Source: a virus | Length of the DNA stretch: 64,000 bases | Direction: 5' to 3' (one strand) | IMG/VR virus record: IMGVR_UViG_3300026076_000002 | In this document: positions 48,078-57,347 of the stretch, one piece after another | Layout of the letters: the number at the start of each line of letters is the position of its first letter | Position numbering within the stretch: position 1 is the first letter of the stretch | Position numbers and translations under genes: made by a program | Notes under the pieces: generated by a model | What the model saw: the letters and a program-made list of their open reading frames with translations, nothing else | Told to the model about the DNA's origin: nothing | Databases searched by the model: none

Positions 48078-48341
48078 ATGAAACTTTATTCCAAGAATCT
48101 TGATACAGTTATTGACTATTACCCTGTAAAGAATGTAGCAACTGGGTTAATACTTGATGACTACATTTTAAAGGTAACAAGTGATAACGAGTTTACAACA
48201 ATGAAGCAGAATTATATTACTAAAGGTGAAATGTTGCATGAGATTAATATAAGATTAAGCATGTCTAATTTAGGTTACAAAGTAATAGGTAACAACGAGA
48301 ATTTACCTCAGTTAGGTAATCCATTTAGAGACCTAGGTTAA
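48078..48341 (+). CDS. Hypothetical early protein (paralogue of 51119-51376)
   Basis: Shared IDYYP and N..LPQ motifs. Confidence 0.65.
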   Translation: MKLYSKNLDTVIDYYPVKNVATGLILDDYILKVTSDNEFTTMKQNYITKGEMLHEINIRLSMSNLGYKVIGNNENLPQLGNPFRDLG

Positions 48342-48578
48342 TGGTATTATTATTATTTTGGTCTTACAATCTATTCGCACTAAGTGTATTCATTTATTTA
48401 AAAGTTACGGAGGTTAAGTAACAATGTCAACCCTACATCATGCGTCAATTCTTGAAAGTTTAGCAGAGACAATCTATGATGAGATTGTATTAGTTAACTT
48501 TAGTGAATTGTCCCCTAGTGAAGAAGATTTAGTGTATGAAATTGCATGTACTAAAGCACAACAATCATTTGAGGATTT

Positions 48579-48785
48579 ATGCCAGTAATTAACAACAAAG
48601 AAGTGCAATTAGCATGGGGTAATTGTTATCCTGATGATGAAATATCATTAGATTATAATGATTATGAAGTGCTAATTGACCTCGTGTTTGATGTTATCAA
48701 ACAAGACTACATTAATGATGAAAAATGTAGATTAAACAGCAAATTACTAGGTAAACTATTAATTTTAGCGAACAAAGATGACTAA
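48579..48785 (+). CDS. Hypothetical early protein
   Basis: GAGG RBS. Confidence 0.55.
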   Translation: MPVINNKEVQLAWGNCYPDDEISLDYNDYEVLIDLVFDVIKQDYINDEKCRLNSKLLGKLLILANKDD

Positions 48786-48916
48786 ACAAACTATTATCCA
48801 ACTCGCAGATTGTGTCAACTATGTTATACGAAATGATGACAAGTTAACCGCTTGCGATATACTTAACCTAATCAAGATTAGGTCTGATTTATTGTTAACT
48901 TATGAGGACAAATTAA

Positions 48917-49120
48917 ATGCTTAATAGTGATAAGTTTGGCATGACATTCTGGTTTGATGATGACAATTACCTCATGTATTGTCCTACACAAACTAACAAC
49001 TTCCCAGACTTTAATTGTGCTGGTTATGTACATGAATGGGATGATTTTAGCAATGTTAATTTCAAAGATCTCTTTGATATTATCAGTAAGTTAGTATTAC
49101 TTAAGGAGATGGATTTATGA
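48917..49120 (+). CDS. Hypothetical early protein
   Basis: GAGG RBS. Confidence 0.6.
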   Translation: MLNSDKFGMTFWFDDDNYLMYCPTQTNNFPDFNCAGYVHEWDDFSNVNFKDLFDIISKLVLLKEMDL

Positions 49121-49347
49121 ACTATTATTCACCTAAAGACATAGGAATTGGTGACAAAGTATTATATAAGGGCAGCGAATATGATGTCCTTATTAATTAC
49201 ATAAAGGGAGAAACTGATGCAAAAGGTTATACTCCTAAAATGAATCGTACTGTCTTAATTGATAGTTTAGATCAAAAGATTACCTGTCTTGATTATAAAG
49301 AACTTCAGGTAATTGAACAAATAACTTATCATGGGAGACTAATTTAA
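49117..49347 (+). CDS. Hypothetical early protein (SH3-like)
   Basis: AAGGAG RBS; IGIGDKVLYKG. Confidence 0.6.
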   Translation: MNYYSPKDIGIGDKVLYKGSEYDVLINYIKGETDAKGYTPKMNRTVLIDSLDQKITCLDYKELQVIEQITYHGRLI

Positions 49348-49585
49348 CAATGGTAATGAACAACAACCTAGCACAATTCTTGTCAGAATGTTGTAAATCA
49401 AATGAACAACTTACTGACCTTATATGTACAAATTATGTTGAACGCTTAAATGATAGCGAACAGAACGATTTAACAACAGTTCTTTATACAAACTACAACC
49501 ATTTTAAGGAGACTATTTAACATGTTTATTCTTCCAATTACCATTGCTTCATTGTTAGTAATAGCATACATATTGTATGTACTAA

Positions 49586-49855
49586 TTGTCAACAATCCAC
49601 ACCATGAGTAAGTATGATATACCAGACAAATATGACATTCATTTGGTACTCAAACCCAATGAAATTAGAGAACTAAAGCAAGTATTTAAGACTGCATTTA
49701 GAATACATGATGACATTGATTCTATGCCTAACTTGTTAGATAAGTGGCAAAAGTTGTTCACTAAAATAACACTTCAGCATGATAATTATGTCAAAGAAAA
49801 TTACAATGGAACTGGTAAGATTGTAAGCGAAGATCAAACATTAGGCAGTGGTTAA
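49586..49855 (+). CDS. Hypothetical early protein (start probably the internal ATG, MSKYD)
   Basis: ORF track. Confidence 0.5.
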   Translation: MSTIHTMSKYDIPDKYDIHLVLKPNEIRELKQVFKTAFRIHDDIDSMPNLLDKWQKLFTKITLQHDNYVKENYNGTGKIVSEDQTLGSG

Positions 49856-49888
49856 CTAACAACAACTCAACTCAATCCCCTAATCAAA

Positions 49889-50110
49889 ATGAGAACAATT
49901 AACAGACAATTACACTATGCAATGTGTAACTTACTAAAGGAATTAGCGACACTAAATCCTACATTGCATGAATATTGGACGTGTGAATTGTATAAATCAA
50001 ATGGTGATATTAATGAGGAAGAGTGGATAGAATTGAACTACAATGACCTCTATGAGGATGTAAACAATGCACAACGATTACAACAACAAAATGTCAACAA
50101 AGCAAACTAA
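49889..50110 (+). CDS. Hypothetical early protein
   Basis: ORF track. Confidence 0.55.
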   Translation: MRTINRQLHYAMCNLLKELATLNPTLHEYWTCELYKSNGDINEEEWIELNYNDLYEDVNNAQRLQQQNVNKAN

Positions 50111-50194
50111 ATCGTCATCTAAGAGTGATAAGAAAGAAGTGGTAATCGTGCCACAAAATATAATAAAATGGAGGACGCTAAAAAACTATTGATC

Positions 50195-50253
50195 GTGTAC
50201 CAGTTGGGAAAGTGTCCACTATTACCCCACAATACCCTAGAATCGGTTATTAT
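50195..50253 (+). promoter_or_regulatory. Phage early-promoter motif, copy 7
   Basis: GTGTACCAGTT-N4-AAGTGTCCAC, 28 nt, TATTAT. Confidence 0.75.
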
Positions 50254-50308
50254 AAGTATATCGGGGAGGGAAACCAAACCGAGAGTCCTTAAACCAATTA
50301 GATTCTAC

Positions 50309-50539
50309 ATGAAACTAACTCCAATAGCAGCAAACCAAACTGAGTTAACACTAAACAACGGTACACAAGTTTTCTTCAGTTATAAAACCCCAGTTGCCGC
50401 TTATGACTCCGTTTCTGGCAAGTTTTTAAGAACTTCTTACAAATGGTCAGTAACAACTAGCAGACATATTAACAAGTGGTTAGATACAAGAATTGCTGAG
50501 AATGTTGACCAAAGTGTATTAGATTCACTGGTCAATTAG
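50309..50539 (+). CDS. Small phage protein (start reassigned from 50168)
   Basis: MKLTPIAANQTEL..VFFSYKTPVAA..WSVTTSRHINKWL; the upstream part of the track ORF is promoter sequence. Confidence 0.7.
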   Translation: MKLTPIAANQTELTLNNGTQVFFSYKTPVAAYDSVSGKFLRTSYKWSVTTSRHINKWLDTRIAENVDQSVLDSLVN

Positions 50540-50558
50540 TATTCTTGACTAACAACTG

Positions 50559-50585
50559 AATACCCCTAATCCTAGGGGTATTTTT
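50559..50585 (+). terminator. Rho-independent terminator
   Basis: AATACCCCTA-ATCC-TAGGGGTATT followed by TTT. Confidence 0.85.
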
Positions 50586-50811
50586 ATACCCAAAATTATT
50601 AATCCCTTCACTAAGTAACAATCAATGAAAACAGTTAAATTAACAGATATACAACACAATCTTCTCTTAGATGTTATATCAACGGTTGCAAGTTTGGATC
50701 TTGATAATAACTATGAGGGAACAGAATTTGATGGACAATTTAATACTTTATGGGATGCAGTTATAGCAGCAAACTAACATTTAAACCCACCCAATTACCC
50801 CACTAATTATT

Positions 50812-51114
50812 ATGACTTCCATGCCAAACTATCTCTACAAAAATGATATTAACCGAGAGATATTAGAGGATACATTGTTATCAGTTTGTATGAAAAATGA
50901 GGGTATCTTAGATATGTGCATTAACCACTTAGTTAATACACTAAGTGATAACGAGGTTGAAAGATGGGATGAGTTAGTATCAACTAACTTTTGGGATATT
51001 TACGAAGAAAAATGTGTCAAACGCCATGCTAATCCTGTGGCAATAGATCATAACAAACCAGTTGATATTGTACCTGAGTTTGATACACCTTTAGCAGAAC
51101 AATACGGAGGATAA
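50812..51114 (+). CDS. Hypothetical early protein
   Basis: ORF track; resembles 47366-47632. Confidence 0.6.
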   Translation: MTSMPNYLYKNDINREILEDTLLSVCMKNEGILDMCINHLVNTLSDNEVERWDELVSTNFWDIYEEKCVKRHANPVAIDHNKPVDIVPEFDTPLAEQYGG

Positions 51115-51118
51115 AGTA

Positions 51119-51376
51119 ATGCAAATTAAACCCACAATTACATCCCAATTATGTATAGATTACTACCCAATCTGTGACATAAATGGTACAGTTAACAAGG
51201 ATTACAAGAGAAGAGTAATAAGATTAAAAGGCAACATTATCAAAGATGTATTAATTAGCATCACAAAATACTCTTATCAGTTATTAGATTACACCGAGAA
51301 TCACAATTACGTTGTAACTAATCAAAACAGATTACCCCAGTATTATTCATTTAATGAGGACACAATCTATGCCTAA
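51119..51376 (+). CDS. Hypothetical early protein
   Basis: GGAGG RBS; IDYYP motif. Confidence 0.65.
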   Translation: MQIKPTITSQLCIDYYPICDINGTVNKDYKRRVIRLKGNIIKDVLISITKYSYQLLDYTENHNYVVTNQNRLPQYYSFNEDTIYA

Positions 51377-51542
51377 AGTATCAACAACTATGCAACCCCT
51401 AAGTAACACCGAGTATCAAGCATTACTCGACATTTATAACAACAATGTCCCTAATGATTTCTATGCCTACAATGATACTTATTATCAAATGTTTGGCAGC
51501 GAAGGTGTTAGTGGAGCAACTCTAATCTCCCGCTTTAATTAA
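51354..51542 (+). CDS. Hypothetical early protein
   Basis: ORF track; start probably the MPKV codon. Confidence 0.5.
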   Translation: MRTQSMPKVSTTMQPLSNTEYQALLDIYNNNVPNDFYAYNDTYYQMFGSEGVSGATLISRFN

Positions 51543-51868
51543 CAATGACTAGACAAACAATTACTGTTAATCAGTACGAACAATTACAAAAACAATTTAA
51601 CTTTCAAGATCAACAATATGGATCTGTTAATTGTTATCATTCTCCAAAGTATTACAACAACCCTTTATACTTTGATCCACTATCTTATGAGGTTATTTAA
51701 CAATGAAAGAACGACTAATTCTCGTGACTGATTGTAACATAAAGGATGCAATCGGTCTATGGTATACTAACAAGTATTCCACACTAATTGATAAGATAAG
51801 TAATACTTTTGACCAAGAGATTACACATCTTTCATTAACACATAACACACTACATTCTCTGACCAGTT

Positions 51869-52132
51869 ATGTATAACAATCTACCCCTAAATTCTGAACA
51901 GTTAGATACACTTAAGGATGATTTTGTTGCTCTACAAATTGATAACATGGATATGCAATGTTTGATTGAGTTAGCATCAGATTATCTCTACAATTCGTAT
52001 CATAGATTAACACAAACTGACATGAAAGAACGTATTGAATGTTTATACTCAGAGGAGACATATTTAGAAATGGTTGATAACATTTTATCAGACCAATCTG
52101 ACCAGTACAAACTAATCCCTACTCGCTACTAA
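51869..52132 (+). CDS. Hypothetical early protein
   Basis: VALQIDNMD motif. Confidence 0.65.
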   Translation: MYNNLPLNSEQLDTLKDDFVALQIDNMDMQCLIELASDYLYNSYHRLTQTDMKERIECLYSEETYLEMVDNILSDQSDQYKLIPTRY

Positions 52133-52697
52133 TTACAATGAACAAATTAACATTTTTATCATCACAATCTTCAGATGAAATGTATGAAGCGGATTTTGAA
52201 TATGACCCCACTAAGTATCACTTAGAGGAAGAACAGTTCTTATCAGATAGTGGTGGGATTACAGAACAAATTGATAGTGAAACAATGCAAATCTTAAGAC
52301 AATGGTGATAACAATGCGACTTAAATTAATGTTTAAATTAATATACTTAGTCTTTCTATTAAGTATGATAAGTATTAATTATGTGACGTAATAAGGTGTT
52401 CAGTTATTGTTACCTAAGACTGCACAATATCGTCAAAATGTCAACAACAAGTGTGCAAATCCTCGTGTATACTTATGGGGAGTAATTGCTGCCCCTTTAA
52501 AGACAATTAGTCCACAAACCAGTTACTAACAACAATTATGACAATCGAACAGGCATTTGAGTTACTTTGGGATGCACAATCTGGCACAGAATTGTTATAC
52601 AATCTCGACATAATTGTCGATGAACTTAACAATTAAGTGAGGTAAATTAGCAGTCCTTCGTTAACAACAACTGTGTAACACTAAGTATCACTCAGGC

Positions 52698-52726
52698 TTG
52701 ACAGTCTGGGTGAATAGTGTTATACT
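52698..52726 (+). promoter_or_regulatory. Sigma70-type promoter in the candidate origin region
   Basis: TTGACA-17 nt-TATACT. Confidence 0.75.
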
Positions 52727-52822
52727 TATGACAGTTAATTTGTGATCTTCGATGATATTTTGTGGCGGTGCGTATATTAAAAAAGTACCTTCTTTCTAAC
52801 CTACAAACGTTCCCAAACGACC

Positions 52823-52830
52823 TATAAATA
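52823..52830 (+). promoter_or_regulatory. T4 late promoter
   Basis: TATAAATA upstream of the radical SAM gene. Confidence 0.7.
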
Positions 52831-52863
52831 TTAAAAATCTTGAAAATTTTTTTGGTATAAAAA

Positions 52864-54234
52864 ATGAAGATAGGGGGAAATGATATATGTATGAGTCCAT
52901 TTAGCGGGCTGACCATAGGTCCTAGGGGAGATATCCAGTTATGCTGTATGGCTTCGAGGTATTCATTAGGTAAACTACAAGAAGTAGACGATCTGGAAGA
53001 GTTTTACAATAGTTCTCCACAGCTTGTGGAAATCAGGCGGTTGTTTTCCACAGGGCAGTATGGAACGTTTGAACCATGTACTGAAGCATGTTACCATAAG
53101 GAGATGGCAGGTGATACAGGGATAGTAAAGGTAATACAGGAGACAGAGGCAACAAAACTTACTTATTTTAAAGAGGACTTTGAAAAAATTGCCTGTGGAA
53201 AAAAAGTCCCTATAAGATTTTTAGAGGTAACTACGAGTAATCAGTGTCAGGCATCATGTACTATGTGTAGTAGTGAGTTCAGTAGTAAGTGGGCAGAGAT
53301 AGAGGAAGAGAATAATAATAGTGCTAGGTGGAAATTCTTTAGAGGACATGAAAATCAAGGTCTACTAAGAATAGACGATCCTGAGATAGAGAAGATAGTA
53401 AAGGTAATACCAGAGTTAACACAATTTTGTTTAAAGGGAGGAGAACCCTTTGCAGATATTAGAAACATCTACTTACTGGAGAAGTTTGCAGAGTTAAATG
53501 AGAACAATGCTCAGATAGACATAACAACTAATGCTGGAATACTTACAGATGAAGAGTTTAAGATTATTGAGAAGGTAATAAAGAAAGGATGTCATATTAA
53601 AGTTATGTGTAGTATAGACAACGTTGGAAAGATATATGAGTATATTAGGAGTATACCTTTTGAAAGAAGTATTCAGAATGTAAAGAGATTACATGCAGTT
53701 GGATGCCAAGTAGATATCTATTTGACACATAGTACATGGAACTGGTTTAACTTTGGTGACTTCTTAGAGTATATGGTAGAACATAAAGCATGGGAATGGT
53801 TAGATTGGATAAATGCTTTCAATGTGGTATGGAATGGTCCCGTGGAATCTGACCCACGTATACTGTCTGAAGAGTTGTTCCAAGAAGGTAAGAGAAAGTC
53901 ACTTGCTGCTGTGGAAAAGTATGGAAAGATACTATGGGATAATGCATGCTTCAATCCAGTTGATACTAAGAATGCAATTGAGAATAAGTTATATAAACCT
54001 TATACCGACAGTGCTAAGATGTTTATGGGACAACATTGGATATTCAAAGAGTATGTTGATATGATGAAGAAGAACAGGATGCATGATATATTAGGACTTG
54101 TGCCTGAACTTAAAGACTATTACTTCTATGGTAGGAATATTGAAGATAAGGAATGGCATTTGCCGAATGACAATATTTTATACTTTGATAAGGATGGTAA
54201 GGCGAAAGAGAAACCAGCTGAGTGGAATACTTAA
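52864..54234 (+). CDS. Radical SAM protein with an N-terminal SPASM/twitch-like Cys cluster
   Basis: CQASCTMC (CxxxCxxC), GGEPF, ITTN, SID; N-terminal CMSPF..G.IQLCC..C..AC. Confidence 0.9.
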   Translation: MKIGGNDICMSPFSGLTIGPRGDIQLCCMASRYSLGKLQEVDDLEEFYNSSPQLVEIRRLFSTGQYGTFEPCTEACYHKEMAGDTGIVKVIQETEATKLTYFKEDFEKIACGKKVPIRFLEVTTSNQCQASCTMCSSEFSSKWAEIEEENNNSARWKFFRGHENQGLLRIDDPEIEKIVKVIPELTQFCLKGGEPFADIRNIYLLEKFAELNENNAQIDITTNAGILTDEEFKIIEKVIKKGCHIKVMCSIDNVGKIYEYIRSIPFERSIQNVKRLHAVGCQVDIYLTHSTWNWFNFGDFLEYMVEHKAWEWLDWINAFNVVWNGPVESDPRILSEELFQEGKRKSLAAVEKYGKILWDNACFNPVDTKNAIENKLYKPYTDSAKMFMGQHWIFKEYVDMMKKNRMHDILGLVPELKDYYFYGRNIEDKEWHLPNDNILYFDKDGKAKEKPAEWNT

Positions 54235-55391
54235 GACTTACGTTCGTCTTGATAATATCCAGAAGTCATATCTTGTTCTTTAGTTCCATCTCCCACTGTT
54301 CCACCAACATTTCCTACGGTTGATATAGTACCGTATGACCCTCTGGTTGTTCTCTCTGATACTATACCGTATGTACCATCTTCTTTAATAGCATAATCGT
54401 TATTGTTAACGTGTTCTATTGGGTCTGATTTATCTTTCTTTTGCCAACACCAAAAATAGTGATGCCCTCCTTTTGACATCCAACTGGCATTCTTTACACC
54501 ATTAGACTCTGAGAATTTTTTAGAAACACTCATCAGTATTGGAGACATTACACTCATCTCTGGATGACCTTGATGTTCACAGTATTGGAAGTCGTGATAC
54601 CATTTCTGTTTAAATCCAAATGCCTGTCTTTTGATTTCTAATGCTTGTCTACACTCCTCGGACGATAAGTTCTTAAATCCAGGATTACATTTACCTTCTT
54701 CAGTTAAAGGTAAACGACATGCAAACTGCTGTAAACGTCTCATTGAAGAACGAAAATAAACCCTCCCTCCTGGTTTAAGTATTCTGAATATCTCACCAAA
54801 TATTATCTGTCTAAATCGTCTTCTAAAGGTTTGACCACCCATACACAATACCACATCGGCAGAATTATCTTTTAAGGTTGTCTGAGCAAAGGATGTTTGT
54901 ATGTCTACTCCTGGGTATGGTTCAATATCAATAGCACATAAGTTTGGTATGTATCTCTTATATGGATTAGTAGCACATGCTAAGTCTACTACTAGGTCAT
55001 TCTCTGTTTTATTAACGTCTCTAATCATATTCCAACCACTTTGAACAAATCTGTCTACTATCTTGTCATTTAGTTCATCTAATGTAATAGTTTCTCCTCG
55101 CATTGCTGCTAATACATTATAAGGTAAATATCCACCCTTTATAAATTCCTCAAGCATTTCTGGTGAAATCTTTGTAAAATCACCTTGGGCACAGTATTCT
55201 GTCCAACGTCTTTGTGCATGATCTACCCTTCTTTGAACAAATCGTTCTACATCTTCTTGTATAAACTCAGAAAAGTCGGTGCGAACCTCTACTGGTTCAC
55301 AAGGATCTGCCTTTAACTTCTGAATAGGAGTTCTATTAGGTAAAGGTGTTGCATTTTGATGATATGTTGGACTCATTTTTCCACCGTCCAT
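54231..55391 (-). CDS. Class I SAM-dependent methyltransferase-like protein
   Basis: VVDLACATNPYK, DNSADVVLC, EIFRILKPGGRVY. Confidence 0.75.
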   Translation of the reverse strand: MDGGKMSPTYHQNATPLPNRTPIQKLKADPCEPVEVRTDFSEFIQEDVERFVQRRVDHAQRRWTEYCAQGDFTKISPEMLEEFIKGGYLPYNVLAAMRGETITLDELNDKIVDRFVQSGWNMIRDVNKTENDLVVDLACATNPYKRYIPNLCAIDIEPYPGVDIQTSFAQTTLKDNSADVVLCMGGQTFRRRFRQIIFGEIFRILKPGGRVYFRSSMRRLQQFACRLPLTEEGKCNPGFKNLSSEECRQALEIKRQAFGFKQKWYHDFQYCEHQGHPEMSVMSPILMSVSKKFSESNGVKNASWMSKGGHHYFWCWQKKDKSDPIEHVNNNDYAIKEDGTYGIVSERTTRGSYGTISTVGNVGGTVGDGTKEQDMTSGYYQDERKS

Positions 55392-56170
55392 GTCCAGAAA
55401 TAGTGCTGTCTTGGAAATTTATTTAACTTATGCTTGTTGTTTTCCACATAGTAACTGCTGCTACCATCAAACTCATCCATATCTAATGCATTACCTTCTA
55501 CATATAACCCTTCTTCTAGTGGCGTTCTTATTTTAAATCCAAATGCTTCACCCATTTTCTCTGGTAATGGGGTATCATTCTCTAATGTAATGGCAGTTAT
55601 TACTGGATGCTTTGCTTGTTCTTCTTCATTCATCGTGCAAAGTCTATGCATACTTCTTTCATTCATATACTTTTTCTTTAATTTACGGAATTTTTGCTTT
55701 GGAGTTCTACAATATATGACTGCACCGTTCTTAGCAATACGTCTTACTTCAGTTAATGAAGCCTTATTATTAATAAATCTGAAGAATTGACCTGTTAAAC
55801 ACAATATTACATCAGCACAATCGTCTACGAAAGGAGTATGGGCAAAATCTGCCTGTACATCTATATCTTTATAAGGTAAAACGTCTGCACCTACACAATT
55901 TTTTATATACTGCACATAAGGATTAAACCCACAACCCAAGTCTATGACTAGATCCTTGTTCATTGAATTGACTTCCTCACACAATTTCATGCCAGTTTGG
56001 TCAAATCTGTCTATAACTTCCTTTGCATCATATGGTGCATTAACATTATCACCATATTGATATATTGCTTGTTTTACGGATTGGTCTGTTCTTATGTTTT
56101 TTGCAAGTAAAGCACCATTCTCATTTGTCCCATCAATCTTATCGGGGTCAATATACCATGGTAAACTCAT
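55373..56170 (-). CDS. Class I SAM-dependent methyltransferase
   Basis: VIDLGCGFNPY, ADFAHTPFVDDCADVILC, EVRRIAKNGAVIY. Confidence 0.8.
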   Translation of the reverse strand: MSLPWYIDPDKIDGTNENGALLAKNIRTDQSVKQAIYQYGDNVNAPYDAKEVIDRFDQTGMKLCEEVNSMNKDLVIDLGCGFNPYVQYIKNCVGADVLPYKDIDVQADFAHTPFVDDCADVILCLTGQFFRFINNKASLTEVRRIAKNGAVIYCRTPKQKFRKLKKKYMNERSMHRLCTMNEEEQAKHPVITAITLENDTPLPEKMGEAFGFKIRTPLEEGLYVEGNALDMDEFDGSSSYYVENNKHKLNKFPRQHYFWTWTVEK

Positions 56171-56316
56171 TTAACTACCTCAACTGCTATGGGTTTTGAT
56201 AAAAAGTCAGTTATTCTAATTATACCATAGGCAGTAAATACCTGCGGTATTATAAATGCAACCATTGCTACTACCCAGAACAAGTAATAGTAGTTCTCTT
56301 TATTTTGTGTTCGCAT
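56167..56316 (-). CDS. Small membrane protein (49 aa, not in the ORF track)
   Basis: MRTQNKENYYYLFWVVAMVAFIIPQVFTAY...; ATGA overlap with the next gene. Confidence 0.65.
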   Translation of the reverse strand: MRTQNKENYYYLFWVVAMVAFIIPQVFTAYGIIRITDFLSKPIAVEVVK

Positions 56317-56339
56317 GAACATGACGAATCTTTTTTTAT

Positions 56340-57332
56340 TTATAGGTAAATATGTTCACCCCAACCCTTTGGTAGACTACCAAATTCCTCTTCCCATTCA
56401 TCATATACAAATTGCAACTTTTCCTTAATTATAGCATAGAATTCTGGTGTCATTGATTCACGTTCTGAGTGCCATTGATCTCTTAAACCAGGAATTTTAG
56501 GTGAATTTACACCCATTTCTGGCCAATAACAGTTAGAGTGAAGTTTTTTAATCTCATAATCTAAGAAATTTGATAAAGGTTCGGTTTTACCATCCCAAAA
56601 TTCTTCCATTACGGTAGCATGTGTAGGAAAATACTTCTTCCATTTCCTATAATGCTTAACATATTCGCAATCTTCAAATGAACGGACATCTTGACAAGCA
56701 ATAACCTTATCAAGTTCAGCAATTAAGTATTTCATAGCGTTTGGATAGACTCTTCCATGGTGAAGTCTGTAGTATCTGGTCTGAAATTCTGAAAAAACCC
56801 GTCTAACTGGGTCTCTAAAAATCAATGATACCTTAGTATCAAACCATTCATCTAAAAATGGTTTAAATTTTTTGATTTTTTCCTCCGATAAATGGAAATT
56901 TGAATTAGAAAAGTCAGCAACTGCCTTATAATTACTACAATGTTGTAATTCTAACCAGTGATTTCTATAAAAATGGCAATATTTTTGAATTGTAAAGGGA
57001 GGAGTCATCCAATTTATCTTTTCTTCCTCAGTAAGTTTCATAAATGGGGAGTGAACACCCACAATTACCTTTTTATTACAATCAACCCAATACTTATTGT
57101 TAGTTTTTTCTTCTATTTTTGGAGTTGAAATCTCTTTTTTGTACTTATCCAAATAATATTGCTTCGGAGGACCATCTATGAACCTCAAATATTCAGATTC
57201 TTTCCAATAACCAGGATGGCAGTACTCATTTTGAATCGCTAAAGTACACATTAGGGGAGTTGTAGCACTCCAACCTGTACCTGCTGCTATAAGAAGACTG
57301 GGAGTCTTATTAGTATAACGATTTTTATTCAT
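56340..57332 (-). CDS. Sulfotransferase-like P-loop protein with a variant 5'-PSB motif
   Basis: GTGWSATTP, KES, ADFSN, FRDPVRRVFS; paralogue of 38063-39208. Confidence 0.65.
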   Translation of the reverse strand: MNKNRYTNKTPSLLIAAGTGWSATTPLMCTLAIQNEYCHPGYWKESEYLRFIDGPPKQYYLDKYKKEISTPKIEEKTNNKYWVDCNKKVIVGVHSPFMKLTEEEKINWMTPPFTIQKYCHFYRNHWLELQHCSNYKAVADFSNSNFHLSEEKIKKFKPFLDEWFDTKVSLIFRDPVRRVFSEFQTRYYRLHHGRVYPNAMKYLIAELDKVIACQDVRSFEDCEYVKHYRKWKKYFPTHATVMEEFWDGKTEPLSNFLDYEIKKLHSNCYWPEMGVNSPKIPGLRDQWHSERESMTPEFYAIIKEKLQFVYDEWEEEFGSLPKGWGEHIYL

Positions 57333-57347
57333 TTAAGGTAACCATTG

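Larger units (their letters stand above)
46445..52636 (+). other. Early-gene region of about 30 tightly packed small ORFs (30-120 aa), many below the ORF-track cutoff
   Basis: All on the + strand and often coupled or preceded by GAGG/TAACAATG, e.g. 46445-46615, 46599-46757, 46969-47106, 49350-49520, 52538-52636. Confidence 0.75.

Noticed and set aside
50168-50308. N-terminal extension of the ORF at 50168
   Set aside because: This sequence is the early-promoter element and leader; the ATG at 50309 fits better
52692-52916. 74-aa minus-strand ORF across the candidate origin
   Set aside because: Low-complexity translation of A/T tracts that overlaps promoters and the radical SAM start
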